64,000 bases of DNA from Ignavibacteria bacterium. GTDB taxonomy: Bacteria > Bacteroidota > Ignavibacteria > Tepidaquicellales > Tepidaquicellaceae. Positions within the stretch are counted from its first letter, which is position 1. Every line of letters begins with the position of its first letter. Positions 56,756-64,000 of this stretch are shown piece by piece. The DNA is taken from positions 291,546 to 355,545 of the forward strand of contig JADJMZ010000007.1 of assembly GCA_016709315.1 (NCBI GenBank). Reading direction: 5' to 3'. The position numbers and the translations under genes were made by a program. The notes below the pieces were generated by a model, which worked only from the letters and a program-made list of their open reading frames with translations, did no database searches and was not told the origin of the DNA.

Positions 56756-58714
56756 TTATTGTGAAAGACTATTGAGTTTTTCTGTCTCCTGTTCCCATAG
56801 CGAATATACATTTTTTAATTTTTCTTTTAAACTGTTATAATCATTTGTAAATTCTACAACGTTATATCCGCCTTTGTAAAATTCATCTTTCGACATTATC
56901 GTTTCTTTTTCCTTTATCTTCGCTTCGAATTCCAGGGCATTCCTTTCTAATTCGTTGATCCTGTTCTTTATTGGCATAATAATTTTATTAATATCCTTTT
57001 TCGTTTTCTTCTGCTCTTTCGGCTCTGGAGGATTAACTGTCTTTACAATATTTTCTTTACTTTCGGTTACAGTCTTTTTTCTTAAATCCGAGTTTACTTT
57101 TTTCAGTTCATCATCTTTGGCTTTTAAATAATCGGTTGCGTTACCGAAATATGTTCTTATCTTTTTGTTTTTTACTTCTATGACTTTATCTACAATCCCG
57201 TCTATGAATTCCCTGTCGTGTGATACTATCACAACAGTTCCTTCATATTTCTGCAATGCATTCATCAGAACTTCCTTTGATTTCATGTCAAGATGGTTTG
57301 TCGGCTCATCGAATACCAGAAAATTTGAAGGTTCAATAAGCATCTTTGCCAGCGCAAGTCGGGATTTCTCTCCCCCTGACAATACTCCTACTTTTTTAAA
57401 AACATCATCTCCTCTGAATAAAAAACTTCCGAGTATTGATCTTAAATTTTTTATAATATCTCCTCTTGCAGCTTCTTCCATGGTTTGCAGAACAGTCTTT
57501 GCTGAATCAAGCTCTTCCGCCTGATTCTGTGCATAAAATTTTATTTCAGCCAGATGTCCTAATTTTACTTCACCTTCATATTTTTCTATTCCTGCAATGA
57601 TCCTCATAAGTGTTGACTTCCCCGCTCCGTTCACCCCCACAAAAGCGATTTTCTCGCCTCTTGGAATTATCAGATCTATATTCTCCAGAACATTGAAAGT
57701 CCCGTCATAACTTTTTGTTAACTCACTGATCTCAAGCGATATCTTACCTGAATGAGTGGCCGGAGGAAAATTAAAATTAACTGTCGCCTCTTCGTCTTCA
57801 AGTTCGACAAGATCAATCTTATCTAACAATTTAATCCTTGACTGCACCTGCCTGGATTTTGTCGCTTTGTATCTGAACCTTTCTATGAATTTTTCCTGCT
57901 GCTTTAAATATGACTGCTGATTATTGAACTGATTTTCCAGCAGCTCCTTTCTTACTTCTCTTTCCCTTTTGTAAAAAGAATAATTGCCTGAATATTCAGT
58001 TACATTGCCGAGAGAAATTTCAACTGTCCTTTCAGTAATGTTGTCAAGAAAACTCCTGTCATGTGAAACCATCACTATTGCGCCCTGATATGCTTTTAGA
58101 TAATTTTCCACCCAAATAAGCGACTCGATATCAAGATGATTTGTCGGTTCGTCAAGTAACAGTATCGAAGGATTGTTGAGAAGAAGTTTTGCAAGCGAGA
58201 TCCTCATTTGCCAGCCGCCGCTGAATTCCGATGTTTCCCTGTCAAAATCTTTTTCTCCGAATCCAAGACCAATTAGTATTTTTTCAATCTTTGATTTGAT
58301 TTTAAATCCGTCGAGCATCTGAAATCGCTCCTGAAGTTCTCCGTATTCATTTATAAGATCCATGAATTCATCACTCATCGTATCCTGAAATTCCTCCATC
58401 TCCTTTTCTATCTGACGCATTTCTTCCTGAATGGCGTTAATATCTCCGGCTGAACTGTAAACTTCCTCATAAAGAGTCTTACCTGTGTATTCAATTCCTT
58501 CCTGAGGCAGATAACCTACTGTTGTATGTTTTGATACCGCAACTTCACCTTCATCGGGTTTTATCAATCCTGCTATGACTTTCAGCATAGTTGATTTTCC
58601 GGCTCCGTTGCTTCCCACTAATGAGACTCTGTCCTTGCCGGCAACCCGCAGAGATACTTCGTCAAATAAAACCTTTGCCCCGAAGCGCATTGATATGTTG
58701 TTCATTGAAATCAT
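56756..58714 (-). CDS. ABC-F family ATPase (two nucleotide-binding domains, no membrane domain)
   Basis: Walker A GSNGAGKST and GVNGAGKST. Signature FSGGWQMR and LSGGEKSR. Walker B LLLDEPTNHLD and LVFDEPTNHLD. A coiled-coil C-terminal extension. Confidence 0.9.
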   Translation of the reverse strand: MISMNNISMRFGAKVLFDEVSLRVAGKDRVSLVGSNGAGKSTMLKVIAGLIKPDEGEVAVSKHTTVGYLPQEGIEYTGKTLYEEVYSSAGDINAIQEEMRQIEKEMEEFQDTMSDEFMDLINEYGELQERFQMLDGFKIKSKIEKILIGLGFGEKDFDRETSEFSGGWQMRISLAKLLLNNPSILLLDEPTNHLDIESLIWVENYLKAYQGAIVMVSHDRSFLDNITERTVEISLGNVTEYSGNYSFYKREREVRKELLENQFNNQQSYLKQQEKFIERFRYKATKSRQVQSRIKLLDKIDLVELEDEEATVNFNFPPATHSGKISLEISELTKSYDGTFNVLENIDLIIPRGEKIAFVGVNGAGKSTLMRIIAGIEKYEGEVKLGHLAEIKFYAQNQAEELDSAKTVLQTMEEAARGDIIKNLRSILGSFLFRGDDVFKKVGVLSGGEKSRLALAKMLIEPSNFLVFDEPTNHLDMKSKEVLMNALQKYEGTVVIVSHDREFIDGIVDKVIEVKNKKIRTYFGNATDYLKAKDDELKKVNSDLRKKTVTESKENIVKTVNPPEPKEQKKTKKDINKIIMPIKNRINELERNALEFEAKIKEKETIMSKDEFYKGGYNVVEFTNDYNSLKEKLKNVYSLWEQETEKLNSLSQ

Positions 58715-58971
58715 TCTTAAAGATAATTATTTGAAATTTTAAATAATATCCGTAAAGTCATCGTATTCATAAAGTAGATACCAGTGCTGTCCAAATTTAT
58801 TTGAATGGAATATAAATTACCATTTTAATGAAAATGTAATTTGATACTTTATTGATATTGTTTCAATATAACTGTTGCCTCGTCCAAAACGATTGAATGG
58901 AGGTTTTGAGACGTTCTTCATTTGGTTCCCATCTCTTTATAATGTAGGGGTAATGTTAATTGCAGTTGTAT

Positions 58972-59066
58972 GACCTCCCCCTGCTCGCCTATAGTACGAG
59001 GCGGAGCAAGCCCGCCTTCAGCGGGCTGCCCCCTCCTTGCAAAGGAGGGGGATTAAGGGGGTGGTC
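58972..59066. ncRNA. Candidate structured RNA or GC-rich miniature element (four-way junction fold)
   Basis: Closing stem gacctccccc / gggggtggtc (9 of 10 pairs) encloses three hairpins: tgctcgcc/ggcggagca, gcccgc/gcgggc and ccccctcct/aggaggggg. GC-rich in an AT-rich intergenic region. No known RNA family recognised. Confidence 0.3.
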
Positions 59067-59256
59067 GCTATGTTTTGAGACAAAATCTTTAAGTGAGAAA
59101 GTTAAGGTGATTAAATTTGGAATTTTAGATATGATTGTGTTTATATGTAAAATTAAAAAGTTAATTGTTCATTACAAAAAGTTTGGACAACACTTTAATA
59201 ATTTTGCTGGAAATATTTTAGTACTTTTCTATTTGTTGAATATTATTTATTAATTT

Positions 59257-60516
59257 TTGAAATCACTTATACTCAATATTATTTTTATCTTTTCAACCGC
59301 TATCTCTTTTGCTCAGTCAGGATGGTTTGTGCAAAGCAGCAATGTTAATGATTCTTTGCGCTCAGTCAGATTTATTAATGCACAAACAGGATATACTGCA
59401 GGTTCAAACGGCAGGATGCTAAAAACTACTGATTCCGGAAACAACTGGATTCCGCTTAATTTAAATACAAGCATAGATTTATTATCAATTTTTACTTTTT
59501 CAGATAATTTTGTTTGCTGCTGCGGTGATAGCGGACTTATCTTAATTTCATCCAATGCAGGTCTGAACTGGACATCAGCTAATGTAACTTTCTTAAAATT
59601 ACGGTCGGTTTTTTTTACTGACTCACTAAACGGGCATATTACCGGAGACAGCGGATTAATTCTCAAAACCACCAATTCAGGAATTAGCTGGATGAATTAT
59701 TTTTATTCAAGTCCAATTCAGTTTAACTCTGTTTGTTTTGCCGATTCAATTCACGGTTGGATTGCCGGATATGGCGCAATTCTATATACTGCTGACAATG
59801 GTTTGAACTGGATAAATCAGTTCGTGGACGGAAAATTAATTTTGAATTCTGTTTTTTTTAAAGATTATCTTCACGGATGGACAGGATATTATGACAACAG
59901 CACTTTCGGACCTGAGATCTTAAGAACATCCTCAGGCGGTAACGACTGGCGCAGTTACTCTGCAGGAAATAATTCTTATTCATTGTCTCTCTTTTTTACT
60001 GACACTCTGAACGGATGGTCTTCCGGATACTATGGTAACATTGTCAGAACATCAAACGGCGGATTAAACTGGATCAATCAAATCAGTGGAACTGACAAAC
60101 ATTTATTTTCCGTGTTCTTTATTAATTCTTCTACCGGCTGGATCACAGGTGAGGACGGCCTAATTCTTAAAACAACTACAGGCGGAGTAATTACAGGTAT
60201 CGGAAATAATTATCAAAATTCTCCGGATGAAGTTTTATCTATTTCAAATTATCCTAATCCATTTAATTCTTCTACATCTATAAAATTTAAAATTCCGTCA
60301 GATAAAATTAATTCTGATAATTCCGTTGAATTAAAAGTTTATGATGCGCTCGGAAATGAAATTTATTTCAGGATTTATAAATTGTCTTCACTTAATTCTG
60401 AAAACAACTATTATAAATTAATTTATGACGCTTCAGGTTTTGCATCAGGTATGTATTTTTATAAAATAAAATTCAATGGTTATTCTTCCGTAAAAAAAAT
60501 GATTCTTCTGAAATAA
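59257..60516 (+). CDS. Ycf48-like BNR propeller protein with T9SS C-terminal sorting domain
   Basis: TTDSGNNW, SSNAGLNW, TTNSGISW, TADNGLNW, TSNGGLNW. C-terminus NYPNPFNSSTSIKF...KKMILLK. TTG start. Confidence 0.8.
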   Translation: MKSLILNIIFIFSTAISFAQSGWFVQSSNVNDSLRSVRFINAQTGYTAGSNGRMLKTTDSGNNWIPLNLNTSIDLLSIFTFSDNFVCCCGDSGLILISSNAGLNWTSANVTFLKLRSVFFTDSLNGHITGDSGLILKTTNSGISWMNYFYSSPIQFNSVCFADSIHGWIAGYGAILYTADNGLNWINQFVDGKLILNSVFFKDYLHGWTGYYDNSTFGPEILRTSSGGNDWRSYSAGNNSYSLSLFFTDTLNGWSSGYYGNIVRTSNGGLNWINQISGTDKHLFSVFFINSSTGWITGEDGLILKTTTGGVITGIGNNYQNSPDEVLSISNYPNPFNSSTSIKFKIPSDKINSDNSVELKVYDALGNEIYFRIYKLSSLNSENNYYKLIYDASGFASGMYFYKIKFNGYSSVKKMILLK

Positions 60517-60668
60517 AAATTCTTGCCTTGTAAAATGCCTTCACGGATTCGGTTTGTATATGAAACTATATTAACATTAAGGAGCATTTGAATTTATCGC
60601 TTCGAAGTTGCAGAATACATTATTTGTAAACAGAATTATTCAGAAATGGAAATCATTCTGTTTGCTTT

Positions 60669-61328
60669 TCAAGTCACTTCCAGTATTTCACTAAGACTTT
60701 TTCGTTTGATATCAGGAACAACTGCATCTTCAGCTGGGTAACCAACCGGAATTATTAAATATGGTTTCTCATTTGAAGGACGGTTTAATATTTTCTGAAG
60801 GAAATTCATTGGAGAAGGAGTATGTGTAAGCGTTGCAAGTCCCGTATTCTGAAGCGAAGCCAGAAGTATTCCTGTTGCAATTCCGACAGATTCGTTCACA
60901 TAGTAATGCTTCTTTAATTCGGAGTCTGATTTCGTAAAATCTATTTTAAATACGACTATTAAATACGGAGCAGTCTCAAGGAATTCCTTGCGCCAGTCTG
61001 TTCCGAGCGGAGCAAGGTCGTCAAGCCAGCTTTGAGGCATTCGCTTTTCATAACTTTCTTTCTCTTCTTTCTCTGCTGCAATTCTGATCTCTTTCTTTAT
61101 TTCATAGGATTCTACTATTATAAATTTCCACGGCTGTTTATTTGCGCCGGAAGGTGCCGTGCCTGCAGCACTGATTGCAAGTTCTATTAATTTTCTGTCA
61201 AACTTTACCGGAGAAAATGACCTGACACTTCTTCTTTTATTCATAAGTTCAAAGAAATCTGAAGCTCTTTTAAGACATTCCTCATCTGTTCGTTTAACAA
61301 AATTATATTTTATAAACTTAAATTTCAT
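60669..61328 (-). CDS. Nitroreductase family protein (iodotyrosine-deiodinase-like subgroup)
   Basis: RRSVRSFSP, APSGANKQPW, and a size of about 220 aa. Confidence 0.75.
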   Translation of the reverse strand: MKFKFIKYNFVKRTDEECLKRASDFFELMNKRRSVRSFSPVKFDRKLIELAISAAGTAPSGANKQPWKFIIVESYEIKKEIRIAAEKEEKESYEKRMPQSWLDDLAPLGTDWRKEFLETAPYLIVVFKIDFTKSDSELKKHYYVNESVGIATGILLASLQNTGLATLTHTPSPMNFLQKILNRPSNEKPYLIIPVGYPAEDAVVPDIKRKSLSEILEVT

Positions 61329-61350
61329 AGGTTTTAAAGACAGTTAAGTT

Positions 61351-61923
61351 TTATGAATGTCCGGTATTCAGCAGAGAGTAAATCTCGGAATCAAGAAACT
61401 TCCCGTCCTGAAGATAGCTCTCACGGAAATATCCTTCTTTGATAAATCCAATCTTGTATAAAAGTTTTCTTGACGCAGTATTTTCAGGATCTATGTTAGC
61501 TTCTAATGTATGCAGATTCATTTTACTGAAACCGAATTCTGCAATTGCTTTAAGAGCTTCTGTCATTATCCCTTTGTTCCATTGTGTGATTTTCAGATCA
61601 TACCCTATCTCTCCCCGGAGATGCTCTTTTACAATTCTCCAGATACCTGCGGTTCCTATGAGTTCATCTGAATTCTTAAAAGTAATACCCCATCTGATTC
61701 CCTCTTTATCTTTAAATGCCTTGATGCATCTTTCAGCCATTAATTCTGCTTCCTTCAGTTCATTGTAAGTATTCTTACCGAAGTATTTCATCACTTCTTC
61801 ATTTGAATATATTTCAAAAATATCTCCTGCATCATTCAAAGAAATCTCTCTTAATAAAAGTCTTTCGGTTTCAAGGATAGGAAATTTATTAAATACATAT
61901 TCATTGAAGGAAAAATTCTTCAT
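61351..61923 (-). CDS. GNAT family N-acetyltransferase (RimJ/RimL-like)
   Basis: LETERLLLREIS N-terminus and a WNKGIMTEAL-type acetyl-CoA binding segment. Confidence 0.75.
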   Translation of the reverse strand: MKNFSFNEYVFNKFPILETERLLLREISLNDAGDIFEIYSNEEVMKYFGKNTYNELKEAELMAERCIKAFKDKEGIRWGITFKNSDELIGTAGIWRIVKEHLRGEIGYDLKITQWNKGIMTEALKAIAEFGFSKMNLHTLEANIDPENTASRKLLYKIGFIKEGYFRESYLQDGKFLDSEIYSLLNTGHS

Positions 61924-63326
61924 TACTTTATTTTAATGCCGACCATTTTTTTAGGATCTACTTTTTCAGAAAATTCAATATCCGAAAGCAAACCAAGTTC
62001 GGTAGCCGCCTGTCTTAATGTTTTATTTTCCTTATGAGCTTTCTTTGCGATCTTCGCTGCATTTTCATAACCAATATGAGTATTCAGCGCAGTTACAAGC
62101 ATTAGTGAATTTTCTACATTCCTGTTAATGGATTCCATGTTAGGCTCTATTCCTATTACACAGTTGTCATTGAAAGATTCGCAAGCATCACCGATCAGTC
62201 TGGCGGAATTCAAAAAGTTAAAGATCATCATCGGCTTGAATACATTCAGTTCGAAATGTCCGCTCATTCCTCCAACGGAGATCGCAGTATCATTTCCAAT
62301 CACCTGAGCGCAGACCATTGTCATTGCTTCGACCTGTGTTGGGTTTACTTTTCCGGGCATTATAGATGAACCGGGTTCGTTCTCGGGAATGTATATCTCC
62401 CCTATTCCGCTTCTCGGACCGGATGAAAGCATTCTTATATCGCTTGCTATCTTCATCAGACTTACAGCAAGAGTTTTCAGAGCTCCGGAAGCTTCGACTA
62501 TAGCGTCGTTAGATGCAAGAGATTCAAATTTATTTGCAGCAGTTTTAAATGGAATGCCTGTCAGTTCGGAAATTTTCTTTGCAACAATCTTGTCATAATT
62601 CACAGGAACATTAATTCCGGTTCCGACAGCAGATCCTCCAAGCGCTAATTCAGAAAGATGCTCCAGAGAATTTTTTACTGTCTTCAGTCCGTGATCGAGC
62701 TGCGATACATATCCGGAAAATTCCTGTCCGAGTGTCAGAGGAGTGGCATCCATAAAATGAGTTCTTCCTATCTTTATAACTTCCATGAACTTTTCCGATT
62801 TAGCATAAAGAGTGTTTCTGAGTTTTTCTGTTTTGGGAATTGTATTCTCGATAAGAATTTTATAAGCGGCAATATTCATTGCCGTCGGAAATGTATCGTT
62901 GGATGACTGTGATTTATTTACATCATCATTCGGATGAAGAGATTTTTGTTCGTCCTCAAGTTTTCCTCCGTTCATCACGTGACCTTTATTTGCGATCACT
63001 TCATTTACATTCATGTTTGACTGAGTGCCGGAGCCGGTTTGCCAGACAACAAGCGGAAATTCACTGTTCAAAGAACCTGTAAGTATCTCATCACAGACTT
63101 TAGCAATCAGTTCAGCTTTTTCATTTTTTAAAACACCGCATTCTGAATTAGCATAAGCTGCTGCTTTTTTTAGTATCGCAAATGCATGAATGACCTCTAT
63201 CGGCATGAGATTATTGCCGATCTTAAAATTATCCTTTGAGCGCTGTGTCTGAGCGCCCCAGTATTTGTCGGACGGAACTTTTACTTCTCCCATTGTATCA
63301 TGTTCTGTTCTGTATGTCATTTTCAT
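61923..63326 (-). CDS. fumC: Fumarate hydratase class II
   Basis: [23 protein letters not shown], and the fumarate-lyase signature [13 protein letters not shown]. Start moved to MKMTYR..., since the 16 residues upstream in the ORF track look like read-through. Confidence 0.92.
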   Translation of the reverse strand: MKMTYRTEHDTMGEVKVPSDKYWGAQTQRSKDNFKIGNNLMPIEVIHAFAILKKAAAYANSECGVLKNEKAELIAKVCDEILTGSLNSEFPLVVWQTGSGTQSNMNVNEVIANKGHVMNGGKLEDEQKSLHPNDDVNKSQSSNDTFPTAMNIAAYKILIENTIPKTEKLRNTLYAKSEKFMEVIKIGRTHFMDATPLTLGQEFSGYVSQLDHGLKTVKNSLEHLSELALGGSAVGTGINVPVNYDKIVAKKISELTGIPFKTAANKFESLASNDAIVEASGALKTLAVSLMKIASDIRMLSSGPRSGIGEIYIPENEPGSSIMPGKVNPTQVEAMTMVCAQVIGNDTAISVGGMSGHFELNVFKPMMIFNFLNSARLIGDACESFNDNCVIGIEPNMESINRNVENSLMLVTALNTHIGYENAAKIAKKAHKENKTLRQAATELGLLSDIEFSEKVDPKKMVGIKIK

Positions 63327-63352
63327 AGAATTTAAATTAAATAAAAATTGAT

Positions 63353-63391
63353 TAAAAAAAATCCGCAAAGAAAAAAAAATTCTCTGCGGAT
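63353..63391 (-). terminator. Rho-independent terminator of the 63425+ gene
   Basis: Minus strand: atccgca gagaatttttttttcttt tgcggat followed by T x7. Confidence 0.65.
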
Positions 63392-63424
63392 AAAAAATAG
63401 TTCTGAATTATTCAGAGCAAATTA

Positions 63425-64000
63425 TTACTTGATCAATACCATTTTCTTAGTATCAATCTTATCTCCTGATTGTAAAGAATAGAAGTAAGTTCCGCTGGAG
63501 AGATTAACTCCGTTGAAATCCACAGTATAATAATTAGCCGTTTTAAATTCGTTGTTAAGTAATGTTGACACGAGCTTACCGCTGATGTCATAAATTTTCA
63601 GAGAAACTTTAGAATCTACAGGTACAGAGAAATTGATCTTTGTAGAAGGATTAAATGGGTTCGGATAGTTCTGACTTAATTCAAATCTTGTCGGAACTCC
63701 GATTATAATTTCATTCTGAAGATCGAAATATTCAAAATTACCGTTGAAATCTATCTGCTTCAATCTGTAGCTGTATTTTCCTGTATTAAGACTGTTATCA
63801 TTAAAAGAATATGATTTTGTTTCATTGGAATTTCCGTAACCTTCTGCATGACCGATCTTAATCCAGCCGGTATTGACTTCTGAAGATCTTCTTTCAATAT
63901 CAAAACCACTGTTGTTCTGTTCTGAAGAAGTTGTCCAGTTCAGTTTTACATTATTGTTATTAATAGTTGAGTTAAATGAACTGAGTTCGACTGGTAAAGT
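63425..64000 (-). CDS. T9SS-tailed secreted protein, 5' part beyond the window
   Basis: The frame stays open to base 64000. C-terminus LKQIDFNGNFEYFDL...NYPNPFNPSTKINF...KKMVLIK closely parallels the tail of the 1368-3110 protein. Confidence 0.8.
   Translation of the reverse strand, partial: TLPVELSSFNSTINNNNVKLNWTTSSEQNNSGFDIERRSSEVNTGWIKIGHAEGYGNSNETKSYSFNDNSLNTGKYSYRLKQIDFNGNFEYFDLQNEIIIGVPTRFELSQNYPNPFNPSTKINFSVPVDSKVSLKIYDISGKLVSTLLNNEFKTANYYTVDFNGVNLSSGTYFYSLQSGDKIDTKKMVLIK

Noticed and set aside
58972-59066. tRNA or tRNA-like gene (cloverleaf-like fold)
   Set aside because: The arm lengths are wrong (10-bp closing stem, 9-bp third arm) and the loops are 5 nt. There is no GTTCRA T-loop, no D-loop signature and no 7-nt anticodon loop.
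58960-59253. 97-aa ORF across the GC-rich element
   Set aside because: The Pro/Gly/Arg-rich translation comes from the GC-rich hairpins, followed by AT-rich read-through. It has an atypical composition and overlaps the promoter region of the 59257 gene, so an RNA or DNA element is more likely.

Overview
AT-rich bacterial chromosome segment. Many proteins end in the T9SS/Por sorting tail (NYPNPFNPSTKI...LLK). With the gene content, this points to the FCB group (Ignavibacteria/Bacteroidota-like); that assignment is an inference. All homology calls come from motif recognition by eye; no searches were run.

Layout:
- 1-22.3 kb: ordinary housekeeping genes. These are pruA, sucC, an IMPDH/GMPR-family gene, gatB, tpiA, a thiolase-hbd-acyl-CoA dehydrogenase operon, hslVU, rpoN and dprA.
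- 22.4-54.2 kb: an accessory island of nine very large secreted-protein genes, all on the minus strand.
- 54.4-64 kb: mixed genes. These are T9SS-tailed BNR propellers, an outer-membrane barrel, an ABC-F ATPase, a nitroreductase, a GNAT acetyltransferase and fumC.

Main observations in the island:
1. Eight genes with unrelated N-terminal heads share one C-terminal module. The heads are an LVIVD propeller, a Ycf48-like BNR double propeller, an M14 carboxypeptidase and five BNR/Asp-box propellers. The module is a KHRN-IETWS sandwich followed by two dockerin-like Ca-loop repeats, and five copies also carry a PPGAxP charged tail. A sixth propeller sibling carries a T9SS tail instead. This looks like an alternative, undescribed sorting or anchoring tag.
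2. A 1.33 kb cassette is bracketed by a 31/32-nt direct repeat. It holds about 6.7 copies of a 109-bp hairpin-forming tandem repeat directly upstream of a small GxxExxY (PD-(D/E)XK-type) gene. This architecture resembles type III toxin-antitoxin loci.
3. Smaller signals: a 21-bp x 11 tandem repeat sits next to the relic 5' end of a deleted paralog. A 95-nt GC-rich four-way-junction element lies in an intergenic region. Short motifs recur upstream of several genes.

Sequence-quality flags: three frameshifts sit at A-runs (two in the photolyase gene, one in a propeller paralog). Homopolymer patches overwrite coding sequence at 4.3-4.9 kb. hslU lacks its Walker A region. No rRNA, tRNA, CRISPR array or transposase was recognised.
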